A stretch of 64,000 bases of DNA, taken from contig OZ316776.1 of assembly GCA_973851085.1 (NCBI GenBank), positions 12,524,001 to 12,588,000 on the forward strand, read 5' to 3'. The position numbers were made by a program, and so were the translations under genes. Below, piece by piece: positions 50,723 to 64,000 of the stretch (the stretch's first letter is position 1; each line of letters opens with the position of its first letter). The DNA comes from Ptychomitrium polyphyllum (Eukaryota). Under the pieces are notes generated by a model. That model did not search any database and was not told where the DNA came from. It worked only from the letters and a program-made list of their open reading frames with translations.

Positions 50723-50800
50723 CAATCGACTTAAGCAAGACTTGAGGAGAGTAAAAAAAAGTCAATAGACTTAAGCAAGACTTGAAGAGAATGAAAAAGA
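50723..50800. repeat. 40-bp tandem duplication
   Basis: CAATMGACTTAAGCAAGACTTGARGAGA at 50723 and 50763. Confidence 0.85.
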
Positions 50801-52399
50801 AAGAAGGTTAATTATGCAACCAACTTCAGAATGTCTCTATCTGCACCCCCAAATTCTTCAAACACTAGTTCAGTCTTATTACATACTCAAAGAAGACCAA
50901 TTTATTAGCAGTCAAGGAAGACAGTCTCTAATTCTGCTCGTTGTCATGTTCGATGAAGAGGTACTTCAATTGTGAAAGCTCTGATGTTCCTGCAGATCTT
51001 GAGTTTCTGTGCTCATGATTTGATCTTTTCTGTTCTGCCCTGTGGGTTCAGGCCTCCCCAGCACCCGGAACAAGTTCCCGAAAACTACTCTTGGGTATTT
51101 TGCATTATCCCAACCATGTCTCATTACCCCCTAGATAACTTACTTCCATGGATGATCAGTGGTCGGATGAATGACATCTGTTAAGGATGAATGCGGTTTT
51201 GATAAGATGGATGAAAAGTTATATGGATTGTTTTTGGATGGATGAAAAAAATGGCAAGGGCATTCAACCAAATAAAAGTTTGGACAAATTAGATGGATGA
51301 AATTCTACCATGTAATTCTTTACAATTAAGTTTAAGATGTACACAAGAAATATGAAATGCAATTCTCCACCTTCCAATTCTTATTCTTGCACATTCTATT
51401 ACCTTAATTACTTCCTTGGCATATTCAATTGGATTACCTTTTTATGCAATTTAGACAATATCAAGCTTGTCCTTGAAATCAAGCTCAAGTAATTGTTAAA
51501 CAATAGAAATAATCACTATATAATATATTTTTATTTTTAGTGTATTTAAATGTCAATTGATAATACAGTTTTTAAATTATTATTTGGTCATTTGAAATTT
51601 TTTATAATTAGCTTCTTTTTTTTTCTTTTTCTTTTGAGACTTCCTTTTCACCTTTATTCTCTCATATACAAAGAAAGAAAAATAAAAATATAGCCATTAA
51701 AAATGAAATAACTTAATATTTTGGGTTCAAGAAACATTTTTAATTGTGTAATCCATCAAAATACAAAAGAAATAAGATAGGTTTCATTACTTCAAATGAT
51801 TTGTTATTATTTGGCGTAACATAAGATAATCTAATTTAATTCAAGCCATTAAAACTTGTATACAAACATTTATAAGTAAAAATAACAATAATAGTACAAA
51901 TGAAACATTGTTCTTGAAAATGAAAGTACAAAAATTTGAATATTTCCTGTTATTTATATTTAATTATGAAGTTTGCAATAATATATTGTAATAAAGTTTA
52001 AAACAATGTTTCATATTGAACCTTCAATCTACATGCCTACTTGTAAAAACAATAAATTGATGAAAAAGCATGGAAAAGAACAGTTACACCTCGTTATAGA
52101 TTGTCTCACAACTTATTTAGTATAGACTAATTCTTTTGTTCTCTTTTTCTTCAAAATAAAAGTGGATTAAGATTCTCACATTAAGATCTAGTCAATAAAC
52201 CATACTTGGTAATAAATATGTGCTCTAGCCATCTACATGAATGAGAAGGATAAAGAAATGAAGAAGAATATGTTTACAAATAACTCTAATGCAAGTTCTC
52301 AATGCATCTCAATGCATTTGGCAAAGAATTGCAATTCATCTAAGGGGCTCCCATTGTGTAGTGCGGATGTTAATTATCATACCCTTTTCTAATCCACAA

Positions 52400-54400
52400 T
52401 GCAGACACTACAGAGCTGCCTAGAAGACACAACTTGGCAGATTCCGTTGCCCAACTGTTTGTTTATCATCAACTTCAATCCTAGAGTCAAGGGAAAAAAA
52501 AAAACAGCAAAAACGTTCCATCTCTTGGTCTGGTAGAGGAAGTGCACTTTGAAGATGCACAAGTACAGAAGAACTTCGATGTTCAGGGCTAAGGTTTTTT
52601 TTCCGAAGTATCTGTCCTCATTGACTGCAAGTCTTGACCATGCCTATGCCTCGAGTTGTGCTGGTACTCTGATTAGTACCTACATGGTAACACCATTCCT
52701 TTGAATTCGAACCGATCCTTTAGTAAGACGTGTTTCACTGACGTGTTTCAGGCTCTTGAGGAGAAAACGTCATCTTCAGTCAGACTAAAATAATACCTTT
52801 GTTTTTGAATGCCTCATTTGTGCATAGGTGACCCACTTTTGTCTGAAAACAAAGAAGAATGCCAATATGTAATTGCAGAGTTTTTGGTAGAAGGAATGGA
52901 AGACCAGCTCAAAGCAAATGTTCTTAGAATGATCCATACGGGCGTCAATAACCATAAGGCTACTCCAGATTAAAATAAAATTGGGATCGTAGATGCATAC
53001 TCAGTGATAGCTTGAATACATGATATAAACACACCGTTGTATTGCAACTATGAGACAGAATTCCAATGAACACTGGATCGATGGGTGGAAGCTACACCAT
53101 CCGTAAGAGAAATTCCAAGATTCAGAGGTATGGTGCATTTTTTTTAGTTACTAAAGCATCCACATAGAAAGTATTCTAGGACTGAGATAAGTGAAAAAGT
53201 GGCAGCTGATGCACCAAGAAGTTTGTGACTCTAAGCATTCCCGTTCCTAAACTTCCACATTCTCCATATTGATTAACGTCGCAGTTGGTTCTCCTAAAAC
53301 ATAAGCAAGGGCTTTAGAGGGTGAAGAAAAAACTTCAAAACTTTGCTCACTGTAGTAAGACTGAAGATGATCATGAACGATCTGGTAAAGTTGAAGAGGC
53401 TTCCCGAAGTCATGTCAACTCCAGATGTAACCTCCACCAGGAACTTCAACCGTCGAGCCAGTGCAGGTTCTAATGCAGAAAATTGGAAATAGAACTAGGG
53501 GGGTTACATACAGTATGTGGATTGCTTAAGATGTTGCACTTGCCATCCTCCACTTCTATGGGCCGAAATGATTTCTAATCAGGTTTCTTTCAAAAGAACT
53601 TCCTCGCAGTGCTCCCGTGCATGACTCTAGGAGTCCAAGGTGATGCTCTCGAGGATACTTCCTTGGTATGCACTATGTTTTAACAAGCATGAGATGAGTC
53701 ACTGAAAGCGTCTGGATAAAATTAGTGATATTGCTCAAACTTATAGCCAATAATCCAAAATTCACCAATCGGAGTCATTCTCACCTTCGCTTTTGAGGAT
53801 TTTCAGTTAACCAGCTTGGGTGAGAACACTGCTATTGATCAGATTCTTGAACTTGTCTAGATTATGAAATGCCACAGTTCTACCACGGGCATAATATTTT
53901 AATCATTGCTTGCGAGCCTAGCAAATGGTTCTCATTTGCACGATGCTAAGTGCATCTCAGTCTGATTTAGGAATCATATGTTACCAAATCATTAGCGTCT
54001 TGTTCTCAACTAATTATGCAGATGCAAAAATTCGATCATCATTGTCAAATATTGATACTGGGCTTCGCTTCAAAGATATTATCAACTTTGAGTTTGTCAA
54101 GATCAGCACGGAATGGTGTCAGTTCATTGAGCATAAAGACTTACCCAGAATCTCCCTTGTCATCCACAGAATGCATCGGATTTGAACCAAAGTGTTGTCA
54201 CGCTGGCTGCTGCGATGCAGACACTATTCGAGTGATGATGTTTACCAATGCTACGCCAACCCGGGAACATTTTATTGCATGATTCACACTCGTGAAGGAT
54301 CCATGATGTGCAGCTAGGTTCTCCAACATATAAAAAAACCAAACTTCCTTGACCATGTCCACCTTTAGGTCCAATGTCACTCTCAACCTCTGTTCTTCAA
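52400..54400 (+). pseudogene. Probable decayed multi-exon gene of unknown family
   Basis: Higher-GC blocks bounded by plausible acceptors and donors (tttcag|, gcatag|, |gtatgg, |gtatgc). Protein-like frames are broken by isolated stops. No family recognised. Confidence 0.35.
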
Positions 54401-57400
54401 CCGAAAGGGCTCAAAGTTGGTGTTGCTTGTTTCATGTCAAGCACCTTAACGGTGTGGAAGGTGTGGTTCATGTGATCAATCACTAGAGTAGTTGATCGTC
54501 GTATATATGTACTAATCCTTCTAAGAGAGCCCCCTTGACTGGGACAATTCAATCAGTACAGTTTATTGCTACCTAGCAAGACCTAGCATTGACTCTTTTA
54601 CGCACAGAATGCCACCAACAATGCACAACTTGTGGATCCATTTTGAATCCTCTAATTCTGGCAAACTTGGCAATGGCATTATTTCATATCTCAGCGTCGG
54701 TACAGCCATATCAACATCATTGTTTTAAGGAGTTTGTCATAGTTTGTCACTTTATCTCTGCTTAAAGTTAATATGTACAATTTCTACAAAGAGAGAACAA
54801 TCAGAGCTGCTTCAGCTTTTGTAAGTTGCATTAAGCTCACTTCAGACCACTGGACCCTTGAAATAAGATACAATTCTATTGAGAAAATCATTTTGTCCAA
54901 GGTTAGACCTAAGGGTCGTATAGTACATGTCAACAATTGAGGTTGCCAAGGAAGCACCCATATTTGATAAGAAATATTTGACAAGAAGTGGACAAATTTG
55001 GAACTACATACGAAGTGGCTCCAAATCTTCTCTACTTCACAAATTGGACAAGTTAAATAAGCAAGAGGTACATAGGGCTTACATCTTTGATGTTTCTTAT
55101 AAAATATTAATAAGAATGTTAATGAAAGTAATCTTTAAAATAAATAAAAGTTAACATACATTGTGCTTGTAGAAACACAATTGAGGCATCAAAGATCACA
55201 AATACAAACACCAAAGCAACATACACAAAAATAAAGAGCTATAAATATACTCAAATATCAATCAACTTTAGATCTAATGTTAATCAATCAATAATAACCA
55301 TCACTTTGTAAAACCAACTGGATATACTATGTAAAGTGGTGAAGATTGGAATATTACTAAGTATCTATAAATGATTGTGTAAATTTAAAACACATATATA
55401 AGTTGTGTATGTCAAAGTTGGAAAGATGTTGAATTCAAACCATAATGATGAAAATCCAAAAACAAGAAGCTTTGAAGTGCTCACTATATAGAACATACTT
55501 AAGTAAATTTCCATAATGAAATTGATCACTTGGCAATAAAATGATGTTTGCTATGGTTGAGTTCCATCGTCTTATCACTATTCTAATAATGTCTTGACAA
55601 TATCTTAACAATAAATTGAGAACAAAAGGAATACATTCAACCACAAGGAAATACAAGAAAGAATGTTGGAGAGCACCAACAAAACCACAAGTGAAACTTT
55701 TGGAAGTGGAGAGCAAAGTCCATGATAAGTCAATATATAAGCTTAGTTCTTTTGCTTCATTTCTTGTGTGTTGAAGACGTGATATGAAAGAAACTCAAAA
55801 ATACACAAGAAAACGTCAGATTTCTACCATTGTGATCTTTCAACATGCTTCTAGTTGACGGTGATTTCAAGTATTGATTCCATGTAAACAAAAAGATCCT
55901 TTTTAACATGTTGGGTGTGTGTAACAAAGATGGTGTTACCTTGTTGGGTTGGGTTGTTGAAAGGACACAAGAACAAGAAATAGCTTTACTTTCCTTATGG
56001 TAGGGTTGCAAAGTCCAAGAAGAGACTCTTGATTCCCAGAAAGATCAATAGCAGAGAAGAAGAGGTTACTGTAAAGCAGTTCCACTTCACAAAACCGAAT
56101 GACTTGAACTGACTCATCTGTAGTGAGCAAAAGTTGCTACTTCCAGTGGTTAACAGTAGCAATTGAGTATCATTGCATCCTGGTCTAGTACAATGATTGA
56201 TCACTAGCACGTTTGTACCAAATTTACATATTCAAGACATCAAGTTCCACCAACTTTCAGTTAGCTTCCACCTGCTTTTTTGCTGCGGACCAGTATCAAT
56301 GTTGCAACAATCTTATGACACTCCAATCTCCTCACCACAGGACAAGGTCCCCTTTTCCCAATAAAAAGAGAGCCTGAGAATGCTGCCTTTCAAGACAACC
56401 TCATTAGACCTGTCTTTCATGCTATTGAGCTTAATCCATCAAAACTACCAATAAGCTCATGAAATTAGCATGGTTTCCAGAATTTCAATCAATCTTTGCA
56501 ATGAACTAGCTACCTGACAGGTGTTAAGGCCATAGAGTATTCATCAATAACTTTGCATAAATTGTTGGTAATGGGCCATTTTTCAAGCAACAGGAGATGC
56601 ATGTTCTCCTTAATCATCTGCAGAATCTCTGATTATTGGTCGTGCATATTGCAAAAAGAACTGCAGCTTCAGACAAGCTGTCAATGGCTTGAAGAATGGT
56701 TCATGGTCTACTTGTAGCACTACATCAGGTGAATTATACCTTAGTGCACACTCATTTGACCCTGTATGCAAAATAATTGAAATGTAAAATGTATTTCTAA
56801 AAAGTCTTTGACGTCTGAGTCAAAGTCAACACCAAGAAACTTCACTCGGTAATTGACAACTTGTTCCTTCTATTAGTTGATAATTGAAGGAACGTGTTTT
56901 CTGGCTGACACTCATCAGTCTGGGAGGCTTGCGCTTTCTGCCAATGGTTGAGCAGTGAGGTGAATTCTGTTCTGAGAAAGTTGTGCACGCGTGGGGAAAC
57001 AGAGCAATTTTGTAGTATTGTACAGACTTGGTCTGATCATGATTCAAATTTTCAATACGGGCTCTTATCACCAAGTCTGGAGAATCCTGGGTGTTTCCTC
57101 CTTACTGCCCAGTGCCAACTGACTTGAAAGTAAATCCTCTGATGAAGACCTGAGTGCTGTTTCTGACTTACTGCAAAGCATCTGACTAACAGTCTACAGC
57201 AAACAAGACTAGTGCAAACTTCAAAGTGAATTGTTTCCAAAAACTTTGTGATTGTGTACATAGACAGTCAGTCAGGCCCTTAAACCTGTAGCAAGGGGAC
57301 ATGTTTGACAGTCCATCTGTTGTTATTAGTAAACATTTTTCCTGGATAATTCATGTCAATATTCTTTGAAAACACTTGATTTTCTTTGAAGATGTTCAAA

Positions 57401-60400
57401 TATACTTGAAAATATGTTTAACAGACAGACACATGGCTTATGTGGCAGGCAATTACATGGACAAACACATTTGTCTGGACAAAGGGACAAACAACCATGC
57501 AAAACATGATGTCACATATGACACCACTACAAGGTAGAAGAGCTCCAAAACCAATACAAAGAGGTCCACACATTTATTGAAAGTAAAAAGCTATATTATG
57601 TTGAATAAATGCACTTGCAACAATCAACCATATTAGTATCACTAAATGTGTATAAAATGATCTATCAACTGCAACTTAATACTCCCAAACTGATATGTTT
57701 GACTTGAGCAATATAAGCTTGTAAGAATCAATTGTAAGTGTATTTATGTTAAGTGATCGTCTTTCTAACAAAAAAAAAAAGATAAAATTAAAAGTTCTAC
57801 CATATTGTGCACTTTTGGATGATACATGTGTCAAGCCCACCGAATTCTTGGTATCCTCCATGTTGATTAAATGATTTGGATCCTAATAAAAAATTATACT
57901 CTTTTCTCATGATTGGCAAGATATGCAAAATAATTAATTTAACTTATCTGAACTTTCAAGCATTTTGTATGTTTTTTGGTTTGTATGAGAAATTTAAGAA
58001 ATCATGTTTATGAAATGACGTTCCATAAGAAATTACCATTATCCCATTTTCAGTTCACCACAATCGTCAAATTTATAGAGCAATGGATAAAAACTGTTGG
58101 GAAATTCAAGCGTTGTCAAAACCAAATGCAACCGAGAGAAACCAAGAGAGAATCCTTAAACTCTTTTTCACAGAGCCCTCTAGTATTCTTGTTTTCATAG
58201 AACGTGTAGTAAAAGAGTTATTTTTCTGTCCTAGGGGTAAGAGTAAAGTATATGTTCCAAAGCAATTGCAACTCTCTACTATTGGATGGTGGCATTTTGA
58301 ACTTGGTTGTTGTTAAGTGGTGGTTGTTGGGTGTCGGCAAATTCTCTGTGCACATGCGTCCATTTGGGAATGCCATGGCAAGTTCTTGGTGTACAAGACG
58401 AAAGATGATTGGTACTTAACCCTCGAAACATCATAGGTTCAACTTCTACTCTCACCAGTAAAAAGGGATTTCACTCGGCATGCATATTTACTCCAGTTAC
58501 TGTGGATGCTGAACGAGAGTAATCGAGTTTGTCGGATGTCGTCGCAACGAGGTCCTCAAATTTGTGTTTTTGGGACCTGGATTCGAGATCTGGTTATTAG
58601 GTTATAATCTTTTCCACTTTATATATCGGCTGCAGAGACGTGGAGGTCGGAGGTGGCAGGCGGAGGTTGTGCACAGAATTACAAGAAAACGTGCGTCACA
58701 GAATCGTGCTTGCAAACTGTCAGAATGAATCAACTTCAATGACACTGGTAAGAGATGCTTACGGCAACAATTTTCAGCCCCAGAAGCAGCAGCTTGGCAA
58801 TATGAAGCTCCGTCACGATACTATCTATACAAGATTCGCGGATTCATGATCGACTACAAGTTGCCGATGCTGGAACGGAGTTACCCCCAGCTTCAAAAAA
58901 AAGGTCTGAAGCTTAAGTGTTTACTTGGCCCCTATATCTAGACCCTTATCTAGCGGAGGAAACATAGCCTCGACAAGGCAAACTCCATAGATAGCCTTGG
59001 AAACGCTGAGGCACACACACATTGCATTCTTTGAAGCTCAGGAGGGCTCCACCGTGCCGGTCATGGATGCTATTTCCGCTTAACCACCGCCGGCGATGAA
59101 GTTTGGTTCAGGCAGCCGTTCCTGCTAGTGTGTCCTACAGAAGTAAAATCTGGTGTGATTTCAACCAGCCATTGACGTGGTCTGATGGTTAGATGACAAT
59201 GCACATCATAATCTCTTACACGGAATTAAAAAGTCAAAAGGTCCAGAGAACCAGCTCTATCCAGAAACACAGCACATCGTGCTACTTTACAGCGTGGTAA
59301 CTTGCCTTGCTGTTGATCCCATGAGTTCTCAACGAGAAAGCATCCCAAGGTAGTAACAGCTTGATAAAAGCTTTCCCCACACATTGCTCTGCTTGTAATC
59401 AATACGTCATGCAACATTGTTACTGGAGCTGGCAACTTTATTTGAAGACAAAGTCAGTTGGACTCCTTGGAGGGCGACAGGAATCATTGATAAACTAAGT
59501 TGGAGGATTGAGTAGTAGCAATGTGGAGTTTGATGCGCCCTAGAGTTCATTTAGCCACTGATAAGGAAGAATGGCATATCGATGATTCGGTTTTTGGCCT
59601 TTGTTATGCTGTCACGACACCTGGAGTGGTCCTCCGAGTCATGCAGCCTCTAATAGTTTCTTGTTCACCTTGTCACACACTTCATCACAGGAACAAGGCT
59701 CCCTTAACTTATCTCAGTAGAAAACTTCCGCCCATCAATGGAGTGCCAATGGAGTTATCCAACATGTGGAAGTCATCCACCCTGTGTTTCTAAGTTTCTA
59801 AGTATGTTTTCTTTATACATGGTAGTCCCCTATAAGTCATGATAAGAGTATTAAGGCACTCTTGATTTGGAAGAGTGAATGGAGAGCTTTGGATACCTAA
59901 GGTGAACAAAAAGGTTGGCACCAAGAAACCTGGTTAGGTTTACAGAGGTCCAATTTTGAAGGCTTCTTAAGCATGTCTTAATTTGGCAAAAGTGCATATT
60001 TTAGAATACATTTTGGCTTGTACGATTTGGAATGGAAATGCTTTTATAACCCATCATATAGTACCTCTTTGAACACTTTTTTCCAAGTTCTGAAGTTGGT
60101 TCGTAACATTTTAAAACTAATGCTAGGGTAGCCTTCATAATAAGAATCAATTTAAAAATCAAATTTATAACTTATGTCTAACATATGCTCTAAATTGAAG
60201 CTCTCAAGTCAATGTAGCCATACCTTGAAGCCTTTGAATCCCTCCCATGTATCAAAGTTGTACTTTGGAGTTGAATTAATTTTTACTTCTTTTTTTTCAA
60301 ATTTTTCATTAGAGGTATTTACGCTACCTTCTTTAGTTACTTGATTTGCTACTAAATGTCATCCAGTTGGAACTATTTTAGGAAAAAATGAGAATAGAGT

Positions 60401-60757
60401 TCATATATGACCTCATCTTTGTTAAAAATTGTTGAATTGGCTATACTGCATTAAGAGCAATAAATAGATCATTCTAAATTCATCCAAGGCTGACAGCTTC
60501 AATTCACTTATTTTTAGCTGCTATTCAACTATTGTAATGTAGCCAATTCATCATTCTTCTGATGAAAATAAAATCATACACAAGCAATATTTTAATTATT
60601 TTTTGTAATAATCTAATAGAAGTAGTATTTCATAGTAGATTAAATGAATGAAGGAATTATTCTAAATATTTTGATTACAAGCCTTTTAAAAAAACTCTTT
60701 GTGATCACTTAATACCATACAAAAAAAAACAACAACTACATTAAATTCATGGCTACA

Positions 60758-60761
<4 letters not shown>

Positions 60762-60790
<29 letters not shown>
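60762..60790. repeat. (AT)n microsatellite
   Basis: About 14 AT units. Confidence 0.95.
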
Positions 60791-60793
<3 letters not shown>

Positions 60794-63700
60794 TTTAAAA
60801 ATACAGAAATTCAATACGTATATATAAAGTTGTAGTCATGGTACTAAAAGCTTCAACACTATCTTTCTATTTATAGAAGGCTTTTAAAGTCTCTCAAAGC
60901 TCAAATAACAAAATACATGTGCACCAATGTGAAGGAAATAGTTTAATTGAATGCACACAATGTAAGAGGTGTTTACTTTGAAGCAAGATATAATATTGCT
61001 AGGGTGCAAAAGATTGAAGTTCTAAGCAAGATCTAAGGTTTTTTGCTTTAGAGTTTATTAAAGAGTAAATTTGATAACACAAAAGGCAAAAAATAAAAAG
61101 ACCAAAATAAATATAATCACTAATTGACAACACATTTGAATAGCATTCATTCTTGTGGTTGTTCAAAAATTTCCAAACATCTAATAGTTTCTTCACAAAT
61201 TTTTTTATAAATAGAAGATTATAAATGATGATTGAAAACCAATACACAATAATTTACAAATTCTAACTTTCTTACATTTAGATAAAATTTTAGAAACAAA
61301 ATTGGTTCGGAATGCACAATAAAAATAATTTTTATATATTAAGCTTCCAATTATTGCATACAAATGAATATGCAAACTTATTTTATAATTGCATAAAGTT
61401 TTAGTGTAAGAGCTTTATTGAAGGTGTAATAACAAGAACAAGAACTGCAACAACAAGTAATACTACTAATAAATGTTGCCAATCAATGCAAACTTATATA
61501 TTTTAATCCTTGGTTTATTACAACTTTTGTTGTTGAAACTGATATTTTAAGTGGCATGTGTATTTGATCTTGCATCAATTTTAATGACAAGCATATTGTA
61601 GGTTGGTGCCATTGAAAAGCATGCAATATCCAGAAAGAACCTTAAAAATCTAATTCATCTTCATCATTTTTTCATATATTTTCATTCATTAATTGAAGAA
61701 GGATTTTCTAAAATAAAATTATAATACTATAAGTTTTAATTAATATAATAGTAAAGAACTTCCAAATATGATAATTTTGTATATTGTTTTTACTTTTGAT
61801 AGATCTTTATATGAGTTTGGCTATTTGCAAAATTTTCAATACATTTAAAAAAAAAATTATTTGAGTTTATCTAACTCCATTTAATTTTCACCAAAACTCA
61901 AGCAAAGAAGTTAATTTATAGAAATTTGGAAAGAATTGGAAGGCAAATTCTAAAATGCTTAGGACATTCAAATGAAGAGATAAAAGTAGCCAAAGCATTC
62001 TTGAACACTTGTTTATTGTAATTTCTTTTATCAATGTTATGGAATGGAAACTATACATAATTGACAATGGTGTAGAGATTTGAGAATTCATGCAGTAAAA
62101 TTTGCATTTATTTGTGGATTTGAAAAGAGGTTCACATTAAAAAATAAATTGAATGGTTTTTTTTAAAATGGTAGTTCCCTCCATTGTTCTAGAATAGACA
62201 ATTTCTGAACAATGTACTCTTTTATAACTTCCATTTTCATTTGAATATAATCTTCAACCATTGAGATAACACAATAAATCTGTTATCACCACATATCATT
62301 ATACTATTCTTAAAAAAATGATATCCTTTGAATACAAGACAAGGAGCTGCATATAGTAAATTAAACACATTTAAATCCAAATATTGGATACATGTGTAAA
62401 GCAATGTCTACAACATGAAAAAAAACTTTAAATTAAAAATTTAGGAAGCTTAATCTGAATCACACACTTAGATGCGGTAGATTGGGCACCAAGAGATGGT
62501 TTCTATCACACACGGAGTTGCACTCCCAAATAGAAATTTCTTTGTGAATGTCTTTCATTCTAAGGTGAGAACTGAATTTTAAATAAAATGATCCATATAG
62601 AAATTCTCTAGAGAACCTTAGCTATTGAAATCAGTTCACACATTTTTACTTTTTGGACCTCTGTGTTTCTATAAGAAACCCATTTTTGGTCATGATGTGA
62701 TTTCTTTGTGATAATACCAGTGAGGCGATTTAACGCATTTCTAGCTACTTCTACAAATATGGAACAAGAGCCATACAATGTACTCACATTCAATGCATCA
62801 CCATGAGATAATAACACTTTGTCAACCGTTAAACCATAGACATGCATATTTAAAGACCCAAATTATTTGAGAATTTCTATATAAGTTCTTTGCATCTGAA
62901 CAAACTGCATCATTTAAAAATAATTAAAACTCTGTCCATGTATGAAACTACTGAAAATAGACTCGTTCGCCTTGACTGTGCACAGCAAACATTCTCAATT
63001 ATGGATGAAACAAAACTTCCATAGGTTTATCTATTTTTTAATCCACTTCTATGTTTCTTAATGAAGAAGTATACAATACTCTTCAATCCACATCAGCCCT
63101 TCACAGAGACCACAGTTGTTTTTCTGGCCTTTTCCGTCACTACATTTACCCCATCTCCATCAGTTGTCAACTTGTCATACATTGTTTGAATTGCACCAAA
63201 AGGATACTAAGGAATTGGACATTCTGTCGATATCAAGATATGGTGCTTTTAATTAAGTTGAGCTCTGCCATGACATTCTGGAGCAGTGTACAAGGATACC
63301 TTTCAAAACAGCACATATTCAAAATGTACTATCCAAATTCACTTTCTAACTCATCAAAAGGTGATACATACTTTTAGTTACCATATTAAAAAGGGTATGG
63401 CTTCTTCCTCTTCTATATTAGATTTAATCAAGAAGCCAATTTAATTTGTTTATTTAACAAACTTCTTCAAAAAACAAAAATAGAGCAAAAAATGAATCTT
63501 TGCCAAAAATATGGCTACTTTTTAGTTTTTAGTTTTTAATTTTTAATTTATTTTAATAAAGAAAAAACAGGGAGTACAAATTAAAAATTTCATGTTCACC
63601 AAAGACATGAAATGCAAGGAATCACAAATCAATAGGGAATCAAAGTGTAAAAGCCACACTCACAAACTCCAAACACTTGCCAATAGCTCATTATTGTCAA

Positions 63701-64000
63701 AAAATTTATCATTGGTTTTGAAAAAGCATAAGCTCAAGTTTGGTGGCTTTTATTACTTATGTATATTGTAAATAGCTTTTGAATCCTTTTTTCAGCATTT
63801 TTCTATCTCAAGTCTACCACCTAAGTTTGAGGTATTTTACTTATATCCTTCTTTTATATCCAATATGACCATCTTCACTTATTACCTCAATATTTTAATA
63901 TAGAAAATTTTCAAAAAAATTGAAACTTTTTGCATTGGCTCACACATTTCATCTACTTCTAAAATATAAGATTATAAATTGATTCTAGTTGTATATCAAA

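Noticed and set aside
51180..51310. GGATGAA-rich patch as a transposon end
   Set aside because: Too short and degenerate, with no defined termini.

Overview
Eukaryotic land-plant DNA, most consistent with a moss or other bryophyte (inferred from gene, intron and transposon style). 1-10.9 kb is a nested cluster of Ty3/gypsy chromoviruses: a fragment of one family, a truncated pol copy and a full-length decayed element of a second family (LTRs 1986-3130 and 8602-9745), and an inverted solo LTR with a GGGCT target-site duplication. 13284-29851 is an apparently perfect ~16.5-kb palindrome carrying two tail-to-tail copies of a 14-coding-exon PTB3-type polypyrimidine tract-binding protein gene. It has a complex fold-back centre and a 100-N gap, so it is either a very recent inverted duplication or an assembly artefact. 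Next come NUP54 (minus, 11 exons), a small conserved glycine-rich plant protein gene (plus), PSBR (minus, 5 exons) and a frameshifted TIR-NB-ARC-LRR pseudogene whose LRR is a 141-bp two-unit array. The rest (50-64 kb) is AT-rich with unidentifiable decayed coding-like fragments. No clearly novel system is demonstrable. The best leads are the PTB palindrome and the sequence signs of PTB autoregulation.
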